This document shows positions 25,412-39,100 of a stretch of 64,000 bases of DNA, in pieces. Under the pieces are notes generated by a model. It saw nothing but the letters and a program-made list of their open reading frames with translations, ran no database searches and was not told the origin of the DNA. The DNA is from Girardia tigrina (Eukaryota), in contig MQRK01237436.1 in assembly GCA_001938485.1 (NCBI GenBank), forward strand, positions 11,485-75,484, written 5' to 3'. How positions within the stretch are numbered: position 1 is the stretch's first letter; the number at the start of each line of letters is the position of its first letter. The translations under genes were made by a program, and so were the position numbers.

Positions 25412-25717
25412 TTAATGTTTCAAGGCAACGTTTAATTTGATCAATTCATCGTTTGTTTTCATCAATCCCATCAAACTATCTGACATGGATAACTGTTGAG
25501 CATTCACTTTTTCGAATTCTTCATAATTGTATTTGATGGATTCAAATTCAGCTATTTGTGATTCTTTTAACTGCAAATAATTGAGTTTTTCCTTTAAATG
25601 TCGTCTTTCTTCTGTCAAGATCGAGTTTTTATCCTTGAAATCTTTCTAAAAATCTAAATATTGATTTTGTTTATCGTTAAAATCGGCCTTGGAAGGGCTC
25701 TCCTCTTTATTAGACAT
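25412..25717 (-). pseudogene. Coiled-coil-rich coding-like fragment of unknown origin
   Basis: About 100 codons of heptad-rich sequence (MSNKEESP...LIKLNVALKH) with one internal stop. Confidence 0.3.
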
Positions 25718-26430
25718 GGAACAACGATAATTGCAAATATTGAAACTCATCGTTAAAACATTTATTGATTACCATTGAAATTTGACTTTTTTCAATTTAA
25801 ATTAAAAACATAGATTAACTTCGATAAAATTTGTATTTTTCGCGTAATTACAATTTTTTAGTCGCGCCAACAATTTTTACATTTTTTTATTTCATTCAAA
25901 CAATTTGAACAAAAGCATGATCACGTACATAAAAAAATCATTTCTAGAACCACGTTGTACGTTGTGGTATTTTATTTTAACTATTTCATTTTTAAATGCC
26001 ATTTTGGTAACATTCTTTATCATAATTTTTTGATAGTTTTTATTTATTTTTTATCTACTTTTTTATTTATTTTTGTGCCATTTTGCATCTTCTGATTTAT
26101 AATTTTTTTTCTTTTTTTTATTTACTTATTGAAATTTTAATAATTGATAAATTAAAATTATACCAAAACTACAATTATCCGTCAATTATTGGAAAAATGA
26201 TGTAAATCTCAAACAATAAATCCCAAATCATGTTTGAATATAAAAATGTCAAACAATCATTTGGTCAATATTTAAATCGCCACTGTCAACATAAAATAAA
26301 ACAGAACTTCTATCGAAATAAGAAATTTAAAAATTTTAAATTTGTTGAAAATATTTAATTAGTTATTACGCAAGATGTTTGCATAATCATCAATTTGCTA
26401 TATATAAGACAGCGAAATTGTTGTTTATTC

Positions 26431-26468
26431 GGCCTGAAGATGGTGGAAAATCCACCGAAATATATTGC
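26431..26468 (+). ncRNA. Minimal hammerhead ribozyme at a very degraded PLE 3' end
   Basis: GGC CTGAAGA T GGTGG AAAAT CCACC GAAA TATA TT GC followed by AATAAA; intact core and perfect stem II. Confidence 0.8.
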
Positions 26469-26535
26469 AATAAAATTTGATTCTATCGAAAATTTGCATT
26501 TTCAAACCTCGAGTTTATTTACGAAAAGAACACTG

Positions 26536-27150
26536 TTATTTGAATAACAAAATTGAATAAGTTCGTCTGAAATGATTAGTTCTTCTTCTCGATATGCGCC
26601 ATGTACCAAATACCGATTTTTTCATTATCGTCGGAAACGTTGTCACCGAGGCACTGATGAACTTTACTGACCCATCATAGACTGTTAACCTTTCTTTCAT
26701 CAAGGCTGTCAGTAACTGTTTTTTTTTTGTTTTTTTTTCTGAATTTGAAAGTAAATTTCCCGAATTGATATTCATCGAATTTTTTAAAGATCCTCTTCGT
26801 TTTGTATCGCCCCTAAACAAAGAGTTGACACGATTTTTTGAATCAAAAAGAGATGTTATGTTTTGGAATTTTGGGTTAAACTTTTTAACAGAATTCACGA
26901 TGGTGTTGGTAGATTTCTGCTTGAAAGTATTTTCTGTAGAGACTGGTAAAATAGATCCACTATTCGAATTACTCGGACTATTTTATCGGCTTATAGAATT
27001 CTCAAAAATTTCAGAAGAACTTTCTTTAACAACTGAATTTTCTCGAACAATTACGTCTCTTTCTATGTCATTCAGCTTTTCCATTTCCACCGTCTTTGAT
27101 TTACAATTTGACTCCACTTCACACTTTTGGGAATAGTTATTAGTCAATGA
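26536..27150 (-). pseudogene. S/N/K-rich coding-like fragment of unknown origin
   Basis: About 200-codon frame with one internal stop; no recognisable domain. Confidence 0.3.
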
Positions 27151-27283
27151 GCATAGCGCGTTTGAGATTTTCCTTTTATTATATTGTTATATAGTTTACT
27201 TAGATTAAAATTTATTTTTGATATTTTTATTTACTTTTTTATTTTTATTTGTTAAAAGTGCTCATTAAAAAATCCATTTCAGT

Positions 27284-27317
<34 letters not shown>

Positions 27318-28631
27318 ACTTGGTTGTCTCGGGGCCCGAAATATTGAGGTGGTAGATAAAATGAGTTCTTGGTAAATAGGACCTGCTTATGTCAAAAAAT
27401 ATAGATTTATTTATAAATATTAGTAATATGTCATTACAATAATAAACATGAAATATTTAATAATCTCTTTTGTAACATAAAATTTCAAGTAAAATATATT
27501 TCATTTTAATATTAACTTAAGAAATAAAAACATTAATTTATAAGTCACAAGATATTAAAAAATTAATAAATATATATGTGTATTATTATATTAGATTATA
27601 TTATATTTTAGTCGGAAATATTTGAACAAAATTTAAAAAAAATCATCTGCAACACCGGACTATTAAACTGATTTTTATTGCAATTGTCACGTTAGACTCA
27701 ACAATTGAATTTTATAGAAATATTGTTTTAATCAATTGATCTCATTTTTATTTCATTAATTAATATTTCAGTAATTTAATTATTTATTTTACATCTTTTT
27801 TGTGTGAAAATTTAATTAATATCTTTATGAATAGGTATAAATCTGACAGGCATATCATTTTATCTTTGTAAGATTTCCTATTAATTGAAAAGTCTCAATA
27901 TAATCAACTGCGACATTTAAGTTAGGTAAAATAGATAAAAGGATTCTAATAATGAAAATTTCAGGTACAGAATTTATAATGTTTCCCATGAGAAATAAGG
28001 GAAATTTTTCTTTTCAAACAAATAATTAATAAAGAAAAACAAAACATAAAAACCTCATTTTTCTACAATTTGTTTTATATTTCAATATTTTCCTTTGCTT
28101 TTTCATAAACCACAAAAATTAATTCTAATATAACATATTTAAAGTCAGTGATTTCTTTTTCTAAAAGAAAAAAGATTTCGATAATTATTTTTAAAAAATA
28201 ATAATCTTTTTTTACAATCGATTAATTTTATTAGTAAAAAGTAAATAAAATTAGTAAAAAAAATAAAATATAACTATAATAATAATAAAATAAAAATTTT
28301 TATTAAAAAGAAAATGCCTTAGGTAATAAAATAAAAATAATTACATTATATTTCAATTAATAAAGTATCCTTTTCGGAAGAATTTGTCAGACAACAGGTA
28401 ATTATTTTTGTCAGTTACAGGGAATTTATTTTGCATTATTTTGGTGAATAATTTGTTTTAAAAGCAATAAACTTATTTTCATGATCTAAAATGACAAATT
28501 ATTTTTTAGAGATTCTTCAACTCTAACAGAGAAGGACAATCAAAATGACTTTTAGTAGTAATTAGAAAATGTTTCAAATATATTATAAATAATTTATTTA
28601 TTATGAATTATTTATTACTTTTACTAATACA

Positions 28632-28740
28632 CTATTATTATTATTATTTGTTCGATGGGGTACCAAGGTTTCCCGAAAAACTAACTGGTGGTAGCAGAGA
28701 CGTAGTTGAGCTCTGCAGTTTCTTGATCCTGCTGGGTCAA
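28632..28740 (-). mobile_element. Possible short 3' end of a non-LTR retroelement with (TAA)n tail
   Basis: GC-richer block of about 90 bp ending on the minus strand in AAT AAT AAT AAT AAT. Confidence 0.3.
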
Positions 28741-29867
28741 TTTTAAATTATTATTCAGACAAATCATAACTTTTTAATGATCAAATTTAAAATGAGTAAG
28801 AAAGAAATTTAATTAAAATTTAATTGATCAGATTCAACACAATGGGATAATTTTTCAAACACTAAAAATAAAATTCCTTTTCAAAAATATATTTTCAAAA
28901 TCATTCGACAGTAAATTTAGTTTGTTCTTATTATTTTGATTGGTCCATCAATCAGAGCGAGCCATTTTGACTCACTCATCTCCTTTTAATAATTATTTAA
29001 TATATTAATTATTTAATTTTATTATATAAATATATTTTTATATATTTTCAAGCGAAGCCCGAACAATACAGTGATATGAAAATTCATAAAAATAAAAGCT
29101 TTTGAAACGATAAAGATTTCATTGTTGGTAAGATGGAGATGGATAGGAATAAAAATATTCAAATATAAATACATTAGTTTTCAATATAAAACATTATTAT
29201 TATTTCCTAGGTCAATACTGTTGAACAAAACAAAAATGTCAAAATAAATTTTAAAAATAGTAAAAAAAATCAACGAAATTTAAATAAGAAACTTTTAATT
29301 ATATTGCATCAAAAAGATAAATTATTTTATCATTACAGACATAGAAAGTAGGTTCCGTATGATCATTGGGCAATTATAAAATCAATTATCTTTAATTTGG
29401 ATTATTATTATTATTATTGTAATTATTGCACAATAAATATATTTTTTTCTTAATATATTTATTATATTATAATATAATATGACTTCTCACATAATACAAA
29501 ATTGTTCTTTTTCCTTTTGAGACAAAAGTGATTAGAAATGTTCGTATATTTTTTAGTGTTTTCTTTTATTTAATTGATTTCTTATTTTTAATCTTCAGCG
29601 GAAATTTGAAAGATAATAATTATATTTGTAAATAAATTTTCAGAAATATTAAAGTTATTAAAATATTTGCTCTTATTTTTCACATTCTTGTGAAATTTAG
29701 TCTTCATCAGACATATCAGAGTTTGAGAAGTGTTAGAGAGTACTGTTTAAAATATTTATTTTTCCAAAAAACTTGAAATCATAAATTTCAAAAATGCAAT
29801 TAGAAAACTGGATTTATAATAGCTTTTGTTATTTCTAGCATTAATGTATAAAGAAACCTTGTGTCAC

Positions 29868-29900
<33 letters not shown>

Positions 29901-29901
<1 letters not shown>

Positions 29902-31368
29902 AGTAAAACCTCCTTATATTGAACACCGCTGTACATATTATATATAAAACAACTCTATAGTACTCCCTATGTTGAACACCTCTGTAATCTGAACATTGAA
30001 CATAATGTGAAGTGAGGTCCTTTGGTTATTTACACTATTTGTAATTCTATATATTGAACAGTAAAAAGCTCCGTTTCTTTAAACACGTTAATTTACTGTA
30101 ATTGTTTATGTTAATTTTAAAAAGTTTTAATTGCATTAAACTATAAAATGTTTTTTTTAATTAATTTTAATTATTGATTAAAAATTATAGTATTTTTTAT
30201 TTGTGTTTTTATTTCAGCAAAATGAAAAGAAAAAAAATAACAGAGGAATTATCAATAAATAAAAAAATAGATCTGATAGAATAATAATTAGAAATGTCGC
30301 AACAAAATTTAACTTCTCAATTGGTACATTTGTCAATTTTAAGATGAGAAAAGATGAATATTTAAAATTAAATGAACAAAAGTTACATGAAGAAAGAAAA
30401 AGAAAGCAACAACAATCAGAATATGACGAAATTAATAACCTAACGGGGAAATGGTTTATAAAAGCAAGATCTAACAACATATAATATCAGGACCATATAT
30501 ACAAGAGGCATCTTTAGAGTTTGCAAAGAAAATAAATATGTGAAAAACTTTTAGGCCTCAAATGGTTGGTTAGAAAAGTTTATTAAATCACATAATGTCT
30601 CATTTAAAGCCTTAAGTGGGGAGTCATGTTCAGCAAATTTTAATGACGCTACAATTTTTATTGATTATTTTACAAAAATCTTCAAGAATTACTCTCCAAG
30701 AGATATTGTTAACGTAGATGAAACGGCACTGTATTATAAGGCCATGTCAGATAAATCAAAAGGTTGAGAAACAAAAAGAAAACAAAGGAACTAAAGTTAG
30801 AAAAAAAAGAGTTATTTTATTACTTTTCGTTAATGCTACAGGCGAAATACTTAATCCTCTTGTAATTGGAAAAAAATCCAAGATGTTTAACAAATGTCTC
30901 CCTAAGTAAATTAAACGTTGAATAAAACGTTACATGAAATAAAACTGCATGGATGACTTCAAAAATATTTGAGTATTGATTACAGAATATAAACAAAATA
31001 TTTAAATTTGAAAATAGAAAAATACTTTTAATACTAGATAACTGTCCATCATATCCGAATTTAAATCTTTCTAATGTAAAATTACAGTTTCATCATCCGA
31101 ATACGTCATCACTTATTCAACCACTTGATCAATGAATCATTAAAAAATTTAAAACTAAATATAGGAAGCGGCTGATAAAGAATATTATTTCCAATATAAA
31201 TTTAGGAAATGTGAATTATATTTCACAAATAACGATTCTCGATGTGTTTATTTGGATAAAACAATGTTGGGAGGAAGTAACATCCAGCACAATCGTAAAT
31301 TGTTTTAGTCACGCTGGTTTTTTATTTAATCAAGTTGATATAGAAGATAAAATTGATGATAACAATTT
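29901..31368 (+). mobile_element. pogo/Tigger (CENP-B-like) transposon, degenerate and 3' truncated
   Basis: CAGTAAAACCTC terminus with repeated TTGAACA subterminal motifs. Motifs ASNGWLEKF, SGE, NVDETALYY, AWMTS, ILLILDNCPS and IQPLDQ. Confidence 0.9.
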
Positions 31369-32164
31369 CTAAAAAATTATCTATATGGTTTTTATTTTCA
31401 AAAATCTAGATATCATCAACATATCTAGTGTAAAATAAAGGTATGTTTCCTTCAAAAAATTGAATGTTTTCTCCACATTTTAGAGAAATATTGAAGCGAT
31501 TAAAGGTGCTAATGGAGACCCCATTGTCATTCCATCAACTTACATGTACCATTCATTATTAAAAATAAATGGAACATTTTTTGTACTAATTTCTAAAAGT
31601 GCCTTCATTGCTTTACTACTCATTGAAGCCACTTTATTTTCTACTAATTCATCCCATAATTTAGTACATAAATCAATCGTTTCATTTAAAGGTACGTTAG
31701 TGAATAAGCTAACTATGTCAAATGAAACCATGACCTCCTCATTAGTTTTGATTTTATAATTTAAGATATTGTTCACAAACTCAAAACTATCTTTACATTC
31801 TAGGGGATTATTAATTAATGACTTCAATCATCTTTCCAAAGTTTTAGCAACATTATATTGTGCTGTATTTATCATTGAAAGAACTGGACGCATTGGGATT
31901 CCATCTTTATGAATTTTGGGTAACCCATTTAATTTTGCTGATTGAGCCCCTTGGCTCAAAAATTCCTTTTTAAATGTTGGATTTAAATCTTTACTCGTAA
32001 TTAAGGAGTTTACTAAATCATTTAATTATTTTTTGTTTTTAAAGTGATTGGAATACTGTTTTTATTCAATTTAATTTTGGAAAACTTGTCAGTTTTTTAT
32101 CAACTGGAGCATTTTATCAATGTATTCAGATTTATTTTTCAGATATATACTCCTTTACCTTTGT

Positions 32165-32165
<1 letters not shown>
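31369..32165 (-). mobile_element. Penelope-like RT fragment
   Basis: GLPKIHK..PMRPVLS, MVSFDIVSLFTNVPL, DGMTMGSPLAP and RYVDDI. Confidence 0.9.
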
Positions 32166-32201
<36 letters not shown>

Positions 32202-35191
32202 GCTTTAAATAGGTATAATCATAAGTAAATGAAAAAGATATAATATAACTTAAAATAAAATTTCAAAACATTGAATGGCCAGATAATGAGATACAATCTC
32301 TTATGGCTAAAGTATTATTGATCTAGTTATTATTGGAATTTCTTATTAATAATTTATATATATTTCCAAATACATACGCATAATAAATTACTATTTTTTT
32401 AATATTTCATGCATCTTTGTCTATTTTGATTATTTGATAATAATATTTAATGTTATTCTCCTAATTCAATATATTCATTGGACATATAAAAAAGAAAAAT
32501 AGAACGTAATATTTATGAAATGAGACAGGAAATTTATTTTTATTATATTTTAAATTTATTCTTAGTGAATGAGTTTTGAGTAAAACAATGATAATGTAGG
32601 TAATTTAAAAAAATAATTACATTCTTATAAAAACTTTATAACTTTTCTTACTACAATTTTCGCTATTTGTTTAGGGAAAAGAATGATGAAAAGTTGAGGG
32701 AAAACAAATGTTTCTCTTTAATAACAAATAATGTTGTTAGATTCTCAAATATTCTTATTTATCCGGTGATAATAATAAACATTTGTGTTCTGTTTTGCAT
32801 AAATAATGTTTTTATTGATTAAATATAAAATTTTAAAATACTTTAACTAATAAAAATAACTAAAATAAGTAATTAAAAAAATTATTACCAATATTTTATG
32901 CTTAAATATCATTTAGATAAATAAATACCATCAAATTCGAGAAAATAAAATAATAATATTAAATGAATATTTAGAAGATATATGTAAAAATTATTTTTGA
33001 TATTTTAAATCTTTTTTTGTCACAGTAACTATAAAAACTTGTATTTTTTTCCTAATATGATTTTTTTATTTATATTTTTTATATATAAATCTATTATTTA
33101 TTTGGCGCAAATTTCTAATAAAAATATTTGAAAATTAAAAGTCATTAAAACAAGATATTTAAAAATTCATTTTAATTTGCAATTAAATTTTAATTATATA
33201 ATCTCCATTTTTACCTGATCATTCATACAAAATTAAAATAAAATAACGTACCGCAATAAATTATACAAGTAAAATTTTCATTTTAAATAATGATTTTTTA
33301 AAAGATAAATTTTTATTTGAAATTTTCTTTTTCGGTAATCATTAATTGCATTAATAAGTTTTATTTAAATATTTTAAAGCAATATTTTGAAATATTTTAA
33401 AAAATTATTTTTTATTGAAAAAATACAAATAAATGCTTAGAAAATAATTTTTAATTTATTCAAAGTTTTTTCGTCTAAAATTGATGAATTATTAATGAAG
33501 AGACAAAAATATGACAAATTAAAGTTAAAAATTAAAATTTTTACATTTAAAGTGTCTATAAAATATAATAAAATATAATCGTAATATTATTTAATATCAA
33601 ACAAAAAATTATATGTATAAATAATTTTTGAAAAAACTTTTGTATTATATAAATAACAAAAAATAAAACTGGAAAAAAAGCAGAACAGAAAGTGAAATGT
33701 TAAACAAAAAATACAAAAATAAAACATTCACGTCGACATTTTGAATGACAATAATATCTTATTTAGCAATCATTATTTTTGTTTTTAGTACAAAGTCTTG
33801 TAAAATGTTCAAAAAAGAGATAATGAGTAAATATTCTTGTTTATTTGGTGCAGTCCGCGTGTTTCCTTATATTCTTTTTCTTTTGACCTTCTCGTTTTTG
33901 TAACACTTGAACGAATCGCATTTTCATTGTTCACGGAGAGCTGAGACTGTGATAGAGGAAGGCTTATAATTTCAAGCATATCCAGGGTTGCAATGGCTTC
34001 TTGTCCTTCATCGCTAGTGTTCGTTCTTACGCTTTTTTTTCTCGCGAATGAATAGAATGACCTGTGGTAGCAGAGTCATTGTGAATATACTGTAAATTAA
34101 GCTTGGCCCATTTTATATTTATCATTTATATATTTCTTCTTTGATTTATTTTTTTTGATTTTCTCTGAATAAGACAAAAGGATTTCTATATCAAAAAATA
34201 CTTAGCTACTTTTTTATAATTTTACAAAAAATAGCAATAATTTGGATCAAAAAAATCATATCGTCAGCAAAACATAAATCAAAGTTCCCTCTAAATAATC
34301 TTAAAGTTTCAAAAAAGTCGTAAAATTATAAAATAATCGTTTTCGTATAAAATAATAGACTAATTTAATAATTATTGGGAGAGAATGACCTGTGAAGCAC
34401 TGGATGTTCGGAAAACGTGCATCCACATTAATTTTGGGACGTCAGATTGTCGAGCACATGGAAAGATACGCAAATAGAGACGAAGGCATAATTTCTATTG
34501 CTATTAATCCCACTTTTTGATCGAATAACACGAATCTGATTAAATAATTACAAATCGAATGAATAGCATCAAGGCAATTTTTATCATCCTGATTATAATG
34601 ACCGAAGATGAGCTTCAGAAAAATGTTATTTATTGTCAATTAAATCGAATTGTCGTTTTTAAATTCACTTACGATATTTGAAACTTTTGTTGGATTTAAT
34701 TTAAACGTTTTATCATAAGGTTTGTCAAACTGTCGATTGATGAAAACCAATTTGTTAATTTTGGTGAAGGTAATTTTTTCATCTCATTGGATTTATCGAT
34801 ATAACGAAATTGAATTGAAAGTCTAGTAAATTTGAATACAAAACAATTTATTTTTATAGAAATTTATTTACACATATTTTTGAAATCGCAATTGACATTT
34901 CTCGCACACTTTTTTTTAAAGAATTTGTGATTAAATTTCATCCCAAAAACCTTTACATACAAACACACTTTACTCACACAATTAACACACACACACACCA
35001 TCATTGATTGGTCGATTCAAACAAACAAAGGAAAACTGAATCCCAATGAAAAAATTGTCCAATCCACAAAAGCACCATCACGAAACCAGATGAAAGTGAT
35101 GGTATTTATTTAATTAATATATATATATATATATATATATANNNNNNNNNNNNNNNNNNNNNNNNNNNNNNNNNNNNNNNNNNNNNNNNNN

Positions 35192-35224
<33 letters not shown>

Positions 35225-36129
35225 ACTTTTAATTTAAATACTTTATTTAATTTTATTTTACTATATTTAATTTAACTTTATTTAATTAATTATTTTTATT
35301 AATTATATTTTTTATATAATTTATTTACGAATTTTCCTAAACTGGCAAAATGTTTGGTCAAAAAATAAATTTTCCGCTCCAAGTTCTATAATCAGATCTT
35401 TATATCATATGATTGCTGTGCAAAGTAATCTCTCGAGAAACTTTTTGAAGCCGTTTATATGACGCAATTATTCATTGATTACCTATACACTGCTTGTCTA
35501 TATAAACAGATTTAAAATTCGTAATTTCCTTATGACCTAATTATGATGGTATACTGTAAAAATTAGTTGTCTGTAATGATAAAAAATATTGTTTTTAATG
35601 TCGTCTTTAAAAGTAATTTTAATTTTTCTTTTTTTTTAAATACAATTATATAAATATTTTTTTGTATTTAAAATTTTTCTTATATTTATATATGCATATA
35701 TCTTTATGTTCAAAAATCAACAAACTTAAAATTTTGACAATTGGGAAAAACAAATTTTGTAAAACAATTTCAACATGATTGATATTTGAGCAATGCGAGA
35801 ATATATTCAATGTATTTGAAATATAAACATCGAAAACATGTTCTTTCAGTCTTGGAATCTTGGCCGTTGCTAATTTAAATTTGCAAAAAAATGAAATTAC
35901 GTATTTCTTCACGGTTTTTTGAAATTTTAACTTGTTCCTAAAATCTATAACATTTTATATAAAAAGACTTTAAATTACAAATACTATTTCAGAATGCTCC
36001 TTAGAATGTTTATTATAAATCTTTTCTTAAAAGATAATGGAACCAGTGCAATGACCAGATTGGCTTTTGATAATGGTTGTAAGAAAGAAATTGAAGTAAC
36101 CTTATTTATAATAATATGCATAAATATAC

Positions 36130-36560
36130 ACTATTAAAAGTAAAGGTATGATGCATCATACATTAAAGAGACTGCCTTTAATCTCTATAAACGAATTCAA
36201 AAACAAGGTTGAAGAGATATTAAGAGCACTATTGCAGAACATAAGAAGTAAATGTAAATGTGATGTTAATATTCATAATATCAAGGTTTTGTAAACATTT
36301 TGATAGTTATTTCGAGAGAAAGTCATTTGAATCATTGTTATTTAGGTCATGTTGTCCTAAGAATTAATGTTCAATCGGCAGTCTCAACCAGCTTATTGAG
36401 AATTTTTGATTAGCTTGATTTCATGCAATCGATTACATAACCATCATTTTTGTATTTATATACAGGTGAATTAAATTATTTACTCAGTGACCTGAAGATG
36501 ACGGTAGATCTATCGAAATATATTGTCAATAAATATTTTCTTTAATGGATGAATTTTGTT
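36130..36560 (+). mobile_element. Degenerate Penelope-like 3' end (GIY-YIG + pLTR)
   Basis: YDASYIKETAFNLYKRIQ and a C-terminus resembling the PLE at 20237; followed by a hammerhead. Confidence 0.75.
36488..36528 (+). ncRNA. Minimal hammerhead ribozyme with slightly degenerate stem II
   Basis: TGAC CTGAAGA TGACGGTAGATCTATC GAAA TATA TT GTCA. Confidence 0.75.
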
Positions 36561-38899
36561 TTAATTAAAAATAGCTTATCGATAGCATAAATTAATTGAT
36601 TGTTTATGTTAAAATATTTTAATTATATTAAATACATGATAAATAATTTTATTATAAATATCAATATTGATGGTACAACAATAAATATATTATTATAATA
36701 CAATTATGATACAATTATAATAAAAGTGGTGTGTTTCTACTTTTCATAGATGGAAAAGAAAAATTAAAAAGAAAATTAAATGAGAAAATTTAGTTGAATA
36801 TTAATAAATTGGAAGTTTTTGAAATTGAGTTTTTTACTTTTTAAAGCAGTTTTAAAAACAAACTGAATAGAAAAATTTTTCTTTTTAAGAACTCTATTTA
36901 GCATCATTTTAAAAGACAGTAGGAAAGTATAAATTTCCCAAAATTAAAGCTTTTTTTATGGTTTATAAGATCTATTATATGAGTTTGTTAAATGTCAACT
37001 TGTTATTATTTTCTTTAAACCATGACGAATGTTGGCTAAAGTAAAAAGGTAAACATGTAAACTAAAAATATGTAAAATGTCAACTATTCTACAGAAACAT
37101 AGGTAAGTTGTATATGTTTCAAACCATGATTATTTTTGAAATATGTACCTTAGAGGTTAATAACTTAATAATCCCTTTTCCAAAAAATATTATCAAAAAA
37201 GATGTTCTATATTTTCTTTCAGATTACAGAATGTTTGAGAGAATATTTTCGTAAAATTATATATTTGTACAAATTAGTTGAAATAGAATTACAATGATTT
37301 TCTTTATATATAGAGTCTCTGAAGATTAAAGAAAAGTTTTTTCCGAGATTCAAATTTGAAAGGATCAATTGCACAATTGGAAGGCCAATTATTTTTTGTG
37401 ATGAATTTAGGGGAGTCAATATTTTGTCCGAAATGCTTTATTTTAATAAAAAAATATAAAACAGTGAATGAAAAAGAAAAAAGATTTTTATATTTTCCGG
37501 ACACACTGTATTTCATTTATTTTTTTTTAAATTTTATGTGTAATTGTGGTTTTTTGAAGAAAAAGGGAAACATGTTCTCTTATAATATTTTCCGAAATAT
37601 TAAAAAGTAAAATAATATACAAAATTATGTTAGAAAGTTGTTCTTCAGATGTATTAAAGAAAAAAAGAACTATTAAACTGATGAGTCGAGACGCATTATT
37701 TAGAGGAAGATTAGTAATTTATTAATTGTTTTTCTCGATCCAGGAAATGAAGTTTTGAGTCATATTTTAATTCATAAAAGTGATTATTAATCCTTTTTTT
37801 TATAAAATCACTTATAAGTTTAGTGGTAGAGAGAAAACGTCTTTTCAAGGTCGAACAACACTAAACAATATTAAATAAATGTATTATTCTCATTTGATAT
37901 AATTTATTTGTTCTTTTTCAATGATATAAAAATCGTTTATCTGAAAGTCTGGAAGATTTTTAACAAAATTGATACCATAATTATCATATTTTTAAAATAA
38001 AATATAGTTTTTCTTTAATTTTATTTTGTTATATGTATTTTATATACAGATAAAAAAGTTATATAATAATAATAAATTTATATATAAAAAATATTTTCTA
38101 GATAGTTTATATATTTTATTGATTGAACCTTAATCTTCAAAATGTATTAAATAAAATTTATTTTTTATTTAAAAAAAATAATTTTATTACAATTCCCTAA
38201 ACGCTGTTTGGTTGATAAATATTTTCCTCTGGCCATAAATTAATTTAAAGATATAAAACAAAATAGAATTAATAAATTATTCTTAGGGATAATATTTTAA
38301 ATATAAATTTTGAAAAATAAATGAAGAAAATATAAATTTTCAAATGATTATAATATTAGACTGAAAAAGCAAAACATTTGATTTTGTTAATCGATATTTA
38401 AAAAACTTTTAATAATATAAAAATCTATATATTTTGTTCAATATTTTTAAATAAATAAAATATTTAAAATACATAATAATAATAATAGTTATATAATGAA
38501 TTTTTTGTTAAAGAAACAATATTTTTCTTTCCATCAATTTAGTTTCTCTTTAAATCTTTTTTTTATTTTCAATATTGTATCAATTTTTGTCATTTTCAGG
38601 AAATTAAATGTTTTAATTTGACACAGAAAGATCATTAAATATTCTTAATATTGAGTTTTAAAATAAAAAAGTAATTAATAAATAAAATTGAAAAGTAATT
38701 TTAAAAAGATTGTGTTAGTGAAATAATTTATTTGATTTATTAAAATAATATATTTATATTTATTCATTGGAAAGGGGTTAAGAGAACACTCTTTTTAAAA
38801 TAATATAATTATAATTACTGTGCTTTTTGATCAAATTTAATTTTCACATCTATAAACAAATTTTTATTTTTATAGCAACATTTATACAGATTTATAATA

Positions 38900-39100
38900 T
38901 GTTGGTGTATTTCGAGCCAGCGATACAGTTTTTGTTTGAAACATTTATCAATGTAAAGATGTCCGTTCTGACTTCAAAACATTTTTATCATCTCAAAAAC
39001 ATCTCTTTCAAAAATAACACAATGTGGTTCAAGGTTTATTGATCCTAAATTCAACATTCAAACGACATTCGTATATCAATCGATTTTCTGCTGGATTTAG
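38900..39100 (-). pseudogene. Possible MULE transposase relic
   Basis: NLEPHCVIFERDVFEMIKMF...CFKQKLYRWL loosely follows the MULE DFExA...CxFHxxQ pattern, but key residues are missing. Confidence 0.25.

Noticed and set aside
37678-37705. CTGATGAGTCGAGACGCATT as a hammerhead
   Set aside because: It lacks GAAA after stem II and has no PLE context.
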